From a virus, in the IMG/VR virus record IMGVR_UViG_3300025570_000007: a stretch of 64,000 bases of DNA; one strand, 5' to 3'. A program made the position numbers and the translations under genes. Of the stretch, positions 18,616 to 29,139 are shown in pieces. The notes under the pieces are model-generated. The model did no database searches. It saw only the letters and a program-made list of their open reading frames with translations, and was not told where the DNA came from. Positions within the stretch are counted from its first letter, which is position 1. Each line of letters opens with the position of its first letter.

Positions 18616-20083
18616 TTGGTATGAAAGGTTTTCTGTTTCCTAGCGGTGTTGGGTTTGTAATGAAAGGTACTTTACCTGTTCTCGGTACAAAGTTATGAAT
18701 TGGTTTAAATGCTATTCCACAATTCATTGTGTGAGGCAGTTCTTGCATGTCGTCATCTGTACTTCCTTCCGGATTCTGCATTGCTATCTCCCAAGAATAG
18801 TCTTTTTGCCAACTATAATTGACACTTTCAAGTATTCCAGGTACTTCGTATATATAATCTCCTACAGTTAGCTTAACTAGTGTACCTCTCATAAAATTAT
18901 TAATATTTGTATAGGTAGGTGCTGTAGCTGATGCTAGATAGGCCATTTTTTGATATAGAGGCTTCATTTCGTCCCTTGAAGCTGCAGATATTATAAATCC
19001 TAGGTTTACATTTCTTGAGAAACCCTGATATGTGTATAAGTCTTCTGCTCTACCTAGATACTTGGTACTATTCCAACTTCCTTGGAAACTATCGTCAAAC
19101 TGTGTAATAAATGCTCTAAAGTATAGGAATTTACTCTCTTCAGGAGTAATTATCTCAAATTTAAACTTTATAAGGTCTCTACTTGCTTTTGTACCGTCAA
19201 TCTTTGTATCCTGTATGGCTAATTTGTTAATCTGGTCTATTGTATCCTCATCTGATACACTATATGTTGTTCTTATTCTAGATACCTTACCTTGGTTACC
19301 TAATCTTATTCTTGTCTCTTTATTTATGGTGTTTTTACCGTAATCTAATGAATAGTAAGAAGTATTACCGTCTTTTCGAAAATCCTGTACCTTTGTACTA
19401 GGCGGGTTAATAGAAGTATCCGCTTTAGAACTACTTATTGATGTACTTCCTGGGATAGGTCCTCCTGTCTGTCCGTTAATGTTGTTTGTATCAAGGTAGT
19501 TGGGTGTTTCACTATCAATCTGAAATTCACTTTCTCTAGTAACTGTAAACTTGTCTGAGGCTTCCTTGTCTCCGAAGTTTGATTGAGCTTCCCCGTTAAT
19601 TATTGCACCTTTTAGTGCAAGCGGGGCTCCCTCTACTCCTCCTCCTCCGAAGAATTGAGCAAACTGTGATCTATTATTACCGTTTAATGGCTGTAGGTAA
19701 GTATCTGTTCTAAATCCTCTTAGGAAATGTGTACCTGTACCGTTTACCGGTATTTGAGCTAATGTTGATCCAGCTACCTTAACTATATTTACTGCTGTCT
19801 TTCCTAATTGACCTATTACACTACCTACTGCTGTTCTATCTTTTTCTAACTTATTCTGTATGTTAGTTTGATTTAAAAGAGCTTCGTGTGCTAGAAACTT
19901 AAACCCCGGTTTACTTATAAGCATTTTTGCTATACGAGAAGTATCATCTATTCGATGTGTTATTTCATTGCTTGTAGCTCCAAATGGTTTAACTACATAA
20001 GGAGTCTCTGTGCCTGTTTCTGCGTACGTTATTGAACGCAGGGCATTCATTTTACCCTCATCGTAGTCTTTTAAAATTCCCAT
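18599..20083 (-). CDS. Baseplate/tail-tube initiator protein
   Basis: FRAFITQFDDS...YLGRAE...YQGFSR tube-like fold, located between tape measure and LysM genes. Confidence 0.65.
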   Translation of the reverse strand: MGILKDYDEGKMNALRSITYAETGTETPYVVKPFGATSNEITHRIDDTSRIAKMLISKPGFKFLAHEALLNQTNIQNKLEKDRTAVGSVIGQLGKTAVNIVKVAGSTLAQIPVNGTGTHFLRGFRTDTYLQPLNGNNRSQFAQFFGGGGVEGAPLALKGAIINGEAQSNFGDKEASDKFTVTRESEFQIDSETPNYLDTNNINGQTGGPIPGSTSISSSKADTSINPPSTKVQDFRKDGNTSYYSLDYGKNTINKETRIRLGNQGKVSRIRTTYSVSDEDTIDQINKLAIQDTKIDGTKASRDLIKFKFEIITPEESKFLYFRAFITQFDDSFQGSWNSTKYLGRAEDLYTYQGFSRNVNLGFIISAASRDEMKPLYQKMAYLASATAPTYTNINNFMRGTLVKLTVGDYIYEVPGILESVNYSWQKDYSWEIAMQNPEGSTDDDMQELPHTMNCGIAFKPIHNFVPRTGKVPFITNPTPLGNRKPFIPNAETL

Positions 20084-20085
20084 TG

Positions 20086-20295
20086 TTATGCTGGTGGGTT
20101 ATCTAAGTACTTGTCTGGTGTTAATCCGTCTAGGTCTAAGCTAGAAGGAGCTTTAGTAATCTCCGGTTTGTTATTAATTGAAGATTGATTATGTAGTGTT
20201 GAACTACCTTTTGCACCTTCTCTTTGGTTCGGTGTTGATCCTTTCAGCCCTAATGTAGACTGTTTTAGTTGATCGTTTAAAATTCCGTTTGACAT
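20086..20295 (-). CDS. Small late protein
   Basis: 69 aa (SSLDLDGLTPDKYLDNPP) after the late motif at 20315-20322. Confidence 0.6.
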   Translation of the reverse strand: MSNGILNDQLKQSTLGLKGSTPNQREGAKGSSTLHNQSSINNKPEITKAPSSLDLDGLTPDKYLDNPPA

Positions 20296-20325
20296 AATTG
20301 TGTTTTTTATTTATTATAAATAGAG

Positions 20326-22773
20326 TTAAGAACTTTTATAAGAGCCCATTACTAAAGCAGAACCTACTTTATTACCGTCTAATATTACATCTCCTCCTTT
20401 TGATACTAGTGCTATTAGTCTATCTAATTTTGCTTCTAGTTTTGCTGTTGACATTGAACCTCCACTTCCTCCACTAAATAGATCTGTTCCTGCTACTACT
20501 GTATCTTTATTATTTAATTGGATACTTCCTTCTGGTCCCGATAATACTCTGTCTCCGTATCCAGCTGGTGATACCATATCATCTGCTGTCATTGCTCTAT
20601 ATCCTGCAAAGGCTGCTCCTGCTGCTGCAACTGCTATTGCAGCTCCTATTCCAAAAGTTAAAGCGGAGTTTGCTAGTAATTCTGCGGCTGCTCTTGCAAC
20701 TGTTTGTGCTAATAGTACTGCTCCTCTTGCTACACTTTTTACCAGTGCTGCACCTTGCATTATCATTGAACCTAATATAGTTTGTTCAAAACCTGCTCTT
20801 ATCGCTGACATTGCATTACCTTCTAACTGCATTGAGTTAGCATATGCTTTTGCTACGTTCTGAAAGCCTAATACAGATAGTATTTTTCCACCTAATCCTA
20901 ATTCTACTACCTTAGAGGTAGTCATTCTTGCTTGAATGGCCATAATAGTTGCCATTGTAGTCTGAGTTGTGTTAAGTATTGCTAGTCCTGTTGCTAAGTA
21001 TCCTACAAATTTACCTACTCCTGTAGCTAATGCTCCTGCTATCATAGTAGTAATGTCTGCTATACCTGATACTATTGGAGTAACTATGTCTAATATAGGT
21101 GCAAATGCTTGTGCTAATTTTCCAAGAGACTTTTGTAACTTCTCTTGAATATTCATCTGTTCCATTTGCTCTACTGTAACACCTCTTGCTGCTGCTTGTT
21201 GTGCTAAGGTAGCATTTTTACTTAGTAACTGCTGTTGAGCCATTTTACCTAGATCATCTCTAGACATTCCAAGTGCTTTTGCTAATGCTTCTTGCTGTAT
21301 CCTATTCATACTAGCAAACTCTGCTGCTGATGCACCATTTCTTGCTAACTCAGCTGATAGTCCTTCTAAGTCATTATTTAAAGCTAATTCTCTTGCCTTG
21401 GCTAAGTTTATATTCTTACCTGTTAGTAGTTGTGCTTCTAATTCGTTTCCTATTGAATCTGCAAAATTCATTAAGCTTGAAGCTATGTCATCTACCTTTG
21501 AAAGTTCTTGCCCTAATGACCGTGCTGCTGCAGCTGCTTTAGCTATTCTTTTAGGATTTCCTCCTAATGAAAGTGCTATACCGTCTGAAGTGTTTAATAC
21601 GTCCTGCATTACTACTCCATGTGCTACAACATTATTATTTAGGTCGTTATATGTATTAGTAGCCTGTACAATACCTTCTTTATAGGCATCTATATTAACT
21701 CCTGCTACTTTACTTCTAATTCCTAATAATCCTGCCTGGTCAGCTGATAAACCTAAAAGGTTTTTAGCCTCAGCCATATTTGCTATATCATCCGGAGAAA
21801 ATATACTGGTTGCTGCTAATCCTGTCTGTTTTGTAAGTTCTGCTGCTTGTTCTAGAAAATCTACTGAGGTCGCTAGTCTTGAATTCATTCCTGAAATTCT
21901 AACTGCATTCTGTCCTGTAAGTCTTCCAAACTCTACAGACGCTTTGTTTACGTCAAGGAAAGCATCAAGTAAAGCTCCGGTAATCACTACCGGGTCTTTT
22001 AAACCTTGTCCGAACCCTCTTATTAAAATACCTAATCCTTTAGCAGAAATTTTCATTCTGTCGAAGAGGTTAGCATTCTCTCCTGCAAGTTTAGATTGAA
22101 GTCTCATTGCTTCTGCAGAATCCTGCATTGCATCGTGGAAGATACCTGAACGCATACCTAAACGTTCCATTAATGCTCCTGTACCTTCTACAAGTGCACC
22201 GGTAACTCCCATATTTTTACTTATGGCCTTCTCTTCTTTCAGTCTTGCTCTTGCGGCTATTACAAGCCTCTTTAGAGCACTTTCTTCATCATTTATTGCA
22301 TGAAGTGCTGCTTCTACTTCGTGATTAATCTTACCTCGTACGGTAGCTGCGGTCTGTAAGAGTTCTAAATTCTGTTTCTCTTGCTTTAGTGCATTATTAT
22401 AAACCTTTACTTTTCTTTGTAGAGCTTCTACCTGTAGTCTAGTTAAATCAGTTATTCCTTGTTCATCGTCCCTAAGCTTTGCGGCTTCTCTCTCTAATCC
22501 TCTAAGTGCACCTCTAACTTTCCCTAACGGTGTAAGCTGTTTTCCAAATTCTGAGGTTATTCCTCTTAATTGTTCGTACAGTCCTGAAGCTGAATTCTCT
22601 AGGTCTTTTACAGCTGCCAGTGCACCATTTATAGCTTTTGTAAGGTTTTCTGTATTAGCTGCTGTAGTAGAAGATATTTTAGTAAGACTTTCTCCTAATC
22701 TTGCCTCTAGTAGGTTAAGTTCGGTTAAAAGCCTTTTTCTTTCTTGAAGATCACTGTTATTCTGTTTAGCCAC
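20326..22773 (-). CDS. Tail tape measure protein
   Basis: 815-aa Ala/Leu-rich helical protein with hydrophobic stretches, downstream of tube and chaperone genes. Confidence 0.85.
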   Translation of the reverse strand: MAKQNNSDLQERKRLLTELNLLEARLGESLTKISSTTAANTENLTKAINGALAAVKDLENSASGLYEQLRGITSEFGKQLTPLGKVRGALRGLEREAAKLRDDEQGITDLTRLQVEALQRKVKVYNNALKQEKQNLELLQTAATVRGKINHEVEAALHAINDEESALKRLVIAARARLKEEKAISKNMGVTGALVEGTGALMERLGMRSGIFHDAMQDSAEAMRLQSKLAGENANLFDRMKISAKGLGILIRGFGQGLKDPVVITGALLDAFLDVNKASVEFGRLTGQNAVRISGMNSRLATSVDFLEQAAELTKQTGLAATSIFSPDDIANMAEAKNLLGLSADQAGLLGIRSKVAGVNIDAYKEGIVQATNTYNDLNNNVVAHGVVMQDVLNTSDGIALSLGGNPKRIAKAAAAARSLGQELSKVDDIASSLMNFADSIGNELEAQLLTGKNINLAKARELALNNDLEGLSAELARNGASAAEFASMNRIQQEALAKALGMSRDDLGKMAQQQLLSKNATLAQQAAARGVTVEQMEQMNIQEKLQKSLGKLAQAFAPILDIVTPIVSGIADITTMIAGALATGVGKFVGYLATGLAILNTTQTTMATIMAIQARMTTSKVVELGLGGKILSVLGFQNVAKAYANSMQLEGNAMSAIRAGFEQTILGSMIMQGAALVKSVARGAVLLAQTVARAAAELLANSALTFGIGAAIAVAAAGAAFAGYRAMTADDMVSPAGYGDRVLSGPEGSIQLNNKDTVVAGTDLFSGGSGGSMSTAKLEAKLDRLIALVSKGGDVILDGNKVGSALVMGSYKSS

Positions 22774-22810
22774 TGCTTATATAATTTAATATAAATAGTT
22801 AAGGCCCGCA

Positions 22811-23041
22811 TTATTGTCGAGCCTTAGTTGTATAAGTTGGTCCTGTATCAGGTCCTTTTAGTGTTGCACCTTTCTTTTCCGAGAAATTCTTTGCATCTTC
22901 CTGTGCTTCATTCTGTTTTTCGTAAAAAGTATTTAATTTTTGGAAGGTATACTTCCTTAACCATATAGGCATGTTATAAACCGTATCATAATCATATCCT
23001 CCTTTACCATGAAACACTATTTCATGTATTTGTGAGAACAT
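22811..23041 (-). CDS. Tail assembly chaperone, second part (gpGT/gp51-like); possibly reached by +1 frameshift
   Basis: YNMPIWLRKY motif. The frame is open upstream into the previous gene (FFGLTPTYRVN-M). Confidence 0.7.
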   Translation of the reverse strand: MFSQIHEIVFHGKGGYDYDTVYNMPIWLRKYTFQKLNTFYEKQNEAQEDAKNFSEKKGATLKGPDTGPTYTTKARQ

Positions 23042-23048
23042 ATTTACT

Positions 23049-23792
23049 CTATAAGTCGGCGTCAGGCCAAAGAAAGCTTATCCCTAATGGGATACGTACC
23101 CCCCCTTCTGGTCCTCCTTCCGGAAAGAATGTTAAGTCTACATCTGGTTCAACATCGTTGAGGTAATTTCTAAAAGCTCTTGAATCTCTTGCAAGAAACT
23201 CATTATCTACAAAACTTCTTACGTCTGCACGTTCACTACTACCGTCTACAGAAATAAGTTGATGTTTTAACCTTGTTGATAGTTCAGCAGAGGACTCTTT
23301 ATTAATCTTCTTAAGTCCGTTTACCTCTTGTTTTACCTTTTGCTCATCTCCATGAGTTAGAAACTTAAAGGTTAGTGCCCTATTTCCAGTAGGAGTCGTA
23401 TAATTAAACGAATTATCTGTTGCCTCTTCTATATCCTTATGTAAAGTCTTATTATTTACCTTAGTTAGATCTACTACTTGTAGAGATCCTCTATATGTGA
23501 AGTCATAATCCTTTCCATACCCTAGAATACGTGCAGCTACTAGCAGTGCATTAATATCTCCTGAGAATAATTGGCTATAATCGATAGTTTTATCTACAAT
23601 AAGTGCTTGTAGTAACTTATCTACTACTATTCCTTTCTCGATATAGTTCTGATTGGTTAAAATATCCTCTTCTTTAGCTGTCATGTACTTCATTTCGATA
23701 GTACCTGATGAGAGAGGTGAGTCTTTTGGGTAAAGTATTCCTTTTGAAGGTAATTCTACAACTTCCGTAGGGAATTTTTGTGTTTGTTCCAT
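23049..23792 (-). CDS. Tail/baseplate hub assembly chaperone (T4 gp26-like)
   Basis: ELPSKG...MTAKEEDIL...ARILGYG, located between tube and tape measure genes. Confidence 0.8.
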   Translation of the reverse strand: MEQTQKFPTEVVELPSKGILYPKDSPLSSGTIEMKYMTAKEEDILTNQNYIEKGIVVDKLLQALIVDKTIDYSQLFSGDINALLVAARILGYGKDYDFTYRGSLQVVDLTKVNNKTLHKDIEEATDNSFNYTTPTGNRALTFKFLTHGDEQKVKQEVNGLKKINKESSAELSTRLKHQLISVDGSSERADVRSFVDNEFLARDSRAFRNYLNDVEPDVDLTFFPEGGPEGGVRIPLGISFLWPDADL

Positions 23793-23840
23793 AAATCTTA
23801 TTAATCTATAACTTTATCCACTTTACGTGGTGCGAATAAT

Positions 23841-23870
23841 AAATATACGAAGATTAACTTTCTAAAACAA
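23841..23870 (-). promoter_or_regulatory. Host-type promoter overlapping a late motif (23838-23845)
   Basis: Sense TTG-N20-TATATTT-ATT. Confidence 0.6.
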
Positions 23871-23871
23871 C

Positions 23872-23894
23872 AAAAGCCTGAAGAATCAAGCTTT
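23872..23894 (-). terminator. Intrinsic terminator after tail tube gene
   Basis: Sense AAAGCTTGA-TTCT-TCAGGCTTTT. Confidence 0.6.
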
Positions 23895-23915
23895 ATGTTA
23901 TATGTTAATGTGCTA

Positions 23916-24401
23916 TTAGTAGTTTAATACGCAGTGATCCATTGCTACTGTCATTGATACTTCAACAACTTCTGGCGAAGACCAGTCAAAGTCTCCTTGA
24001 GTAAATGTTTTTACGTAAGCTCCCTTAATTACCCACTCTCCTACTACGTCCCCAACTGGGCCTAGTATATTGAAGGTAAGATCTTTCTTATAAAAGTCAG
24101 AATACCCTGCTCTTCCTGTTACTGATTCGTAAGATAAACGAGCCCAGTCCATTACTGCTTGAGCTGCTGATGGTGTGATTGGATCGTAAAGTGTCATGTC
24201 CATATCGTTCCACATTCTCTTACCTCTTATCTTACGATAAGTGTTTATGTGGTCAAGAACTACCTCACCATCATCAAATCCAGGAGCTGTTACTTTTTTC
24301 ACCATGAATGAAGGTATATTATCCATATACATGATAAATCTATTTTGAACTCTTGGTTCAAAGGCTCTGAACATTATTTCGTTTGGATCTAGTACTGCCA
24401 T
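23916..24401 (-). CDS. Tail tube protein (gp19-like)
   Basis: FEPRVQNRF...GKRMWNDMDMTLYDPI...YKKDL...W..KGA, directly after the sheath gene. Confidence 0.9.
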   Translation of the reverse strand: MAVLDPNEIMFRAFEPRVQNRFIMYMDNIPSFMVKKVTAPGFDDGEVVLDHINTYRKIRGKRMWNDMDMTLYDPITPSAAQAVMDWARLSYESVTGRAGYSDFYKKDLTFNILGPVGDVVGEWVIKGAYVKTFTQGDFDWSSPEVVEVSMTVAMDHCVLNY

Positions 24402-24438
24402 TTTCTATTCTTTATTATAAATATCGTTATTTTAAAAA

Positions 24439-26193
24439 TTATCCTGCAAATGTAGCTCCAGTAGGTTCAATTGTGAAGTCAAGTAATATAAATTCAGCAG
24501 TTTTAGCTGGTTGAATAAATATTTGACCTATTAGTTGATTTCTGTCTACAACGTCTGCTGTATTATTCGTATCGTCCATTACCACTCTATAAGCGTAAAG
24601 GCCTTCTCTCTGTACTACTGAGTCAAGGTATGGATTTACTGTTGCTAAGAACTTATTACGAGTTGCTATAGTATTTTGTTCGAATACTAATTTTCTTGCT
24701 TCTTTACCAATGAAATCCTTAATCTCAATTAATAAACGTCTAGCATTTACTCTATCTAAAGCTGATGCCTTAGTTTGTAAAGTCTTTTGTCCGTATACTG
24801 CTATTCCCTGTCCAGGAAATGTTGCAATTGGGTTTACTTTAGCGCTATATAGTGTATCTCTTTGAGTACGGTTTAATTTTCTTTCTGCTTGAATAATTCC
24901 AGGAATTCCTCCTTTAACTAATCCTGCTGGTGCAAACCACGGTGCTGAGTAGTTATCTGTGAAAGCATATACTCCAGGAATTACTGCTGATGGTGGTGCC
25001 CATTCGTCTTTACCTGTTGCTGATCTCATCTGTACCCATGGCCAGTAGGTTGCTGCATAAGAACTGTTAATAGTTGTTGCTTGTGAAGCTGCTTCAGCTA
25101 CTGTCTGTCCATAGTTTGTTAGATCTAGCACTGCTATACAGTCTCCTCTTGATTCTGCAAGAGACACAATTAAATCTATCGGAGTCACATGAGATGCGTT
25201 CTGGTATGCTAATCCTGGTGTAGAGATTATGTTGAATACATATTCTTCTGAATTTCCTAGTAGTGAGATTACGTTTAAGTAATTATCTGCTACTAAGCCT
25301 TGTGTATCGTTATTATCTATACTTCCAAAATAGTTACCCGGTCTATCGCTTGCAAAATTAGTACCCGTAGCGCCTGAGAATGATCCTGAAGATGCTATTG
25401 GTAGTGAAGCTGAGTATGATATTGTATCGGAATCTGTATTAACAGTGATTCCGTCTGTCGATAAGTAAGATAAGGTCGGAGTATTTACTGTAGATACCCT
25501 AACGTAGTTAGATTTATTAACGTACGATCCTGATGTTCTTAGGTATGTTCCGTCTGCTCCTGTTACTAGAGTTTGTGATTGGTTACCTATCATCTTCTCG
25601 ATGTAGTTATCAGTATTAGGATCTAAAGAAATATTATTAAATGTTTCTAAGACCACTTTACTTTTTATAGTATCGTCTCCTCTTCTAATACTTAAAGAAA
25701 AAGTACCTCTTTGATTGTTTATGTTAGATACTTCCCATCTTAGGTTGTCCTCTGTTCCATCAGCTAAAGATCCATCACTATTTTCTCCTCCTGCAAAATT
25801 ATTAAAAATTTCACCTTTACCTAAAGTCTCTAATGCAAAAGCATCGTACACTGTAGATCCAGACTCAATCTTAGTTGCTACTATTCCTGTATCTGTTGCT
25901 GTTGTGAATGACCCTGAAACTACTCTGGTAACTAGTACTGATCCTCCTCCCTGTGAGAAGTAGTTCTTTACTGCTACAGATGTTAGAAATTCGTGCTTTG
26001 TTGATCCTGATGTAAATGTTGTTCCGAATTTCCTTACGTACTCGTTATAAGAGGTAACTAATGTTGGAGTCTCTACCGGTCCTTTTACTGCTGGTCCTAT
26101 AATAGCTGCTCCAGCTTCTACCGCTGCTGGTTGTACGAATGAAATATCGTTTTCTCTTGAGAATACACCTGGAGAGATTATTGATTCTGCCAT
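24439..26193 (-). CDS. Tail sheath protein (gp18-like)
   Basis: SPGVFSREND, PWFAPAG, VNPI, GQKTL, DRVNARRL, QPAKTAEFI. Confidence 0.95.
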   Translation of the reverse strand: MAESIISPGVFSRENDISFVQPAAVEAGAAIIGPAVKGPVETPTLVTSYNEYVRKFGTTFTSGSTKHEFLTSVAVKNYFSQGGGSVLVTRVVSGSFTTATDTGIVATKIESGSTVYDAFALETLGKGEIFNNFAGGENSDGSLADGTEDNLRWEVSNINNQRGTFSLSIRRGDDTIKSKVVLETFNNISLDPNTDNYIEKMIGNQSQTLVTGADGTYLRTSGSYVNKSNYVRVSTVNTPTLSYLSTDGITVNTDSDTISYSASLPIASSGSFSGATGTNFASDRPGNYFGSIDNNDTQGLVADNYLNVISLLGNSEEYVFNIISTPGLAYQNASHVTPIDLIVSLAESRGDCIAVLDLTNYGQTVAEAASQATTINSSYAATYWPWVQMRSATGKDEWAPPSAVIPGVYAFTDNYSAPWFAPAGLVKGGIPGIIQAERKLNRTQRDTLYSAKVNPIATFPGQGIAVYGQKTLQTKASALDRVNARRLLIEIKDFIGKEARKLVFEQNTIATRNKFLATVNPYLDSVVQREGLYAYRVVMDDTNNTADVVDRNQLIGQIFIQPAKTAEFILLDFTIEPTGATFAG

Positions 26194-26288
26194 GTCTTAA
26201 TGAAGTTTATTTTAATGTCTTTAATAAATATCAGATTATTCTACAAACCTTCTGTTAAGTAGTAGGTAGGTATCTGTATATAAATAGG

Positions 26289-26313
26289 AAGGGAAGATGC
26301 AAAACCCTCCCTT
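26289..26313 (-). terminator. Probable terminator hairpin
   Basis: Sense AAGGGAGG...TCTTCCCTT after the 26341 gene. Weak U-tail. Confidence 0.45.
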
Positions 26314-26340
26314 ATTAAACTCCAGTACTGTTACTAAGTG

Positions 26341-26622
26341 TTACGCTTTTTTCTTGCGAGGTTTTTTTGGCACCGGTGCAGGTATAAATTCTCCTTTTTC
26401 AAGATCAATTGAACCTATTCCGTACTTATCCTCTAATTCTTTCACTAAGCCCTGTTCTCCTTGAACAGTCTCATCCCTAAAAGCTAGAATGCTAGTACGT
26501 CGTGCTTCTAGTTCCATCTTATCCAACTCGAGCTGTCCTAATTCAACTACGACTGCCTGCTTTCTTCTTTGAATAACCTGCACTCCTTGAACTTCTTCTT
26601 CTGATAACTTTTTGTTTGTCAT
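26341..26622 (-). CDS. Small coiled-coil protein (possible fibre chaperone)
   Basis: LEDKYGIGSIDLEKGEF. Has its own host-type promoter at 26648-26677. Confidence 0.65.
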   Translation of the reverse strand: MTNKKLSEEEVQGVQVIQRRKQAVVVELGQLELDKMELEARRTSILAFRDETVQGEQGLVKELEDKYGIGSIDLEKGEFIPAPVPKKPRKKKA

Positions 26623-26663
26623 TTTTGTAATTAATTAATGTTAGATCTAATGTACGAAATTAC

Positions 26664-27278
26664 TTATTGCGATACAACTTCTTCATATACTTTTACGTTC
26701 TTTAATTTAAACCTAAAGGTGTACCTCTTTCCTACTCCTAGTTGAATTTCCATCCATGTGTTTCCAAACAGGTTTCCTGCGTAAGAGCATCTCCAGTACA
26801 GTTTACCTTTTATCTTAAACCATATAAACACTTTTCCTAATTTTGAAAATCGAATTGAAAGGTACTTTCCTGCATTATGAGACCATTTACCTTTTTCATC
26901 AACATAGAACAGTACTGCTACATTTGATGAGTCTATTTCTTTTCCGTCTGCTGTTAGCTTTCCTTTTTCTGAGATTATTACTTCTTCACCTTTTACCGGT
27001 ACAAGTATAGTATGTAGGTTCCACATCGGATTACGTAATGCACTCCATCTATAGGATACCCAGAACGTATCCTCAGTTATTCCTTTTGCATCTTTCCAAT
27101 ACTGTGCTCCATATAGTCCGTCTTCTTCGTCAAAGAAATACCATAGTATCTTCTCCCTAAACAATCTCTTGTGTCTTAGGCTGTATGCAATAGGGTAAAA
27201 CACCGGTGCAATAATGAATGCTAATAAAGGAATTATCATTACCCCTATCCATTTTAAAATTGAAAGTACTTTTTTCAT
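26664..27278 (-). CDS. Membrane-anchored hypothetical protein
   Basis: N-terminal TM segment, Trp-rich, WSALRNP motif. Confidence 0.65.
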   Translation of the reverse strand: MKKVLSILKWIGVMIIPLLAFIIAPVFYPIAYSLRHKRLFREKILWYFFDEEDGLYGAQYWKDAKGITEDTFWVSYRWSALRNPMWNLHTILVPVKGEEVIISEKGKLTADGKEIDSSNVAVLFYVDEKGKWSHNAGKYLSIRFSKLGKVFIWFKIKGKLYWRCSYAGNLFGNTWMEIQLGVGKRYTFRFKLKNVKVYEEVVSQ

Positions 27279-27314
27279 AAAGTGTATTGTTTTAGTTTTA
27301 TTAAAAAGGGCTGG

Positions 27315-27716
27315 TTATATAGCTTCGTATGCAGCAATTTCTGATGGGGTCGTTTCTGCTAGTATCTTAAAGGCTTCCGTAATATTAGCTGCTAGAAAGT
27401 TACTCCAATCATCGGTAGTTGCTGTAAGTACTGTTGCATAGTTCCCTGTGTCTGCATAAATTGCTATTAGCAGTTTTGACGTAGTTTCAGTTTGTTGAGC
27501 ATTATTCAGCAACTTTGTACATATGCTTAGGTATTTCATAAGGTAACTATAGGCTGGAAGGTCTGTAGCTGGGTCAATATTTTTCATGTTTTGAATGAAT
27601 ACTTGTGCTTCGTTTACCGATACCTGTGTTACTAATTCAGCTAAGGAGTAGTTACTGTCTGTAGGAGTTACTATTCCGCTTAAAATGTCTAACTGTTCTC
27701 TAATTGATAATGCCAT
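27315..27716 (-). CDS. Hypothetical late protein
   Basis: 133 aa after the late motif at 27746-27753. Confidence 0.6.
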   Translation of the reverse strand: MALSIREQLDILSGIVTPTDSNYSLAELVTQVSVNEAQVFIQNMKNIDPATDLPAYSYLMKYLSICTKLLNNAQQTETTSKLLIAIYADTGNYATVLTATTDDWSNFLAANITEAFKILAETTPSEIAAYEAI

Positions 27717-27761
27717 TACGTCTCTATTGTTTCTATGTTATTATTTATAAATACTCTCTTT

Positions 27762-29138
27762 TTATGTTATTATTGACCAACTTCCATCTTCGTAGAGTGT
27801 TGGTACCTGTGCACCGAATCTAGTATGGAGTACATCTTTAACTTTATCAAAATTAGACCCGCCTAAAATTCCATTTTTAATTAACTTCGGCATTACTATC
27901 TTTAGGTCTTGTTCAAACGTTCTTAGATTTCTTACGTTAATGTATACGAAGTGTAATTCCTTATCCTTAAACAACGTATCCACTATTAATGCATCTCTCT
28001 TAACATGGTTTACACAATCTTCAAAAAAATAAGTATTACTGTGAAATCCTAGTGCTACATCTTGCCAGGTTATATCATTTTCAAGATTAAACAAGTCCTC
28101 TCCCCTTAGTGGATCTATTGCGTAAATTTGATTAAATAATCCGCTTGATGCAAAAAAGAACGTACTCTCTCCACAGTGGCTATATAATTCTACCATCTTA
28201 AGATCTGCCCAATAATCTTTGGCTAACCGTCTCAGGTCTGCTATTAGTTCAACTATCCCAAAAAACTGCGTGTTTAGCTTTTGTGAAGTTTTTTTAAATT
28301 TCTGATATCCAAACCTGGGTTTTTCCAATACTGTTATTGGATAGCTATCTACCATGTCTTTAGGGTGCTGCAGATATTGTACTACTTGTTTATCTAGTAC
28401 ATGACCTTTTTCATCAAAGGTAAGTCCTACTGTTCCACCTCCTTCCCTATAGGCATTGTAATACGTATCTGAATCGGATAGATTACCGTCTACTTTATCA
28501 GAATCTTGTCTGAATATACTCTTCTTTACTGTAAATATGTTATGGGATTTACAGAACTGTTCTAGGTATACGTCTGCTGCATATGTAATTGGAAAGTAGT
28601 TATCCGAAAGTTCCTTAGCCATTTTACTAGTAATTGCATAGGAATGAGCACCGTTATAGTTTGTATTAAACCTCGGTATCATCAGATAATTTCCTACATG
28701 TATTCCGTCTTGATACTCTGTCTTCTTTCCTAGATTAACTAAATCCCAATCCAAGTTACTCACTTCATCTAAAACACCTTTGTAATATTCACTAAAAGTT
28801 CTTTCCTCTACTAACTTAAAGATACTTTGTACATCATCTTCTAATATTAGTGCATCAGTTACGCCATCTCTAAGTGCTTGATCCCAGGCTTTCTTATGAG
28901 AGAGTGCACAAGCAAATACTCCTATAGTTACCATTCCCGCTGGGTCCTGGAATCTAGTGTTTAGGCTACCCTCTTCTATTAACTGTCTCTGATCTATATC
29001 ATTAGCATCTACAGCTTCTATAAATGTTAACTCTAATTCAGGAAAATTTAGTAACATTCTCTGCCGTCTATCGTGTCGTTTTTTTAAGTTTATAACATAT
29101 ATCTTATCAAAACCCAATGTCTTAATTTTTTCGCTCAT
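27762..29138 (-). CDS. GT25-family glycosyltransferase fused to a degenerate class I methyltransferase-like domain
   Basis: IYVINL..R.DRR, EAVD, CALSH..AW, ILEDD, GAHSY. C-terminal MVELYSHCGES...AIDP...NGILGG. Confidence 0.8.
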   Translation of the reverse strand: MSEKIKTLGFDKIYVINLKKRHDRRQRMLLNFPELELTFIEAVDANDIDQRQLIEEGSLNTRFQDPAGMVTIGVFACALSHKKAWDQALRDGVTDALILEDDVQSIFKLVEERTFSEYYKGVLDEVSNLDWDLVNLGKKTEYQDGIHVGNYLMIPRFNTNYNGAHSYAITSKMAKELSDNYFPITYAADVYLEQFCKSHNIFTVKKSIFRQDSDKVDGNLSDSDTYYNAYREGGGTVGLTFDEKGHVLDKQVVQYLQHPKDMVDSYPITVLEKPRFGYQKFKKTSQKLNTQFFGIVELIADLRRLAKDYWADLKMVELYSHCGESTFFFASSGLFNQIYAIDPLRGEDLFNLENDITWQDVALGFHSNTYFFEDCVNHVKRDALIVDTLFKDKELHFVYINVRNLRTFEQDLKIVMPKLIKNGILGGSNFDKVKDVLHTRFGAQVPTLYEDGSWSIIT

Positions 29139-29139
29139 A

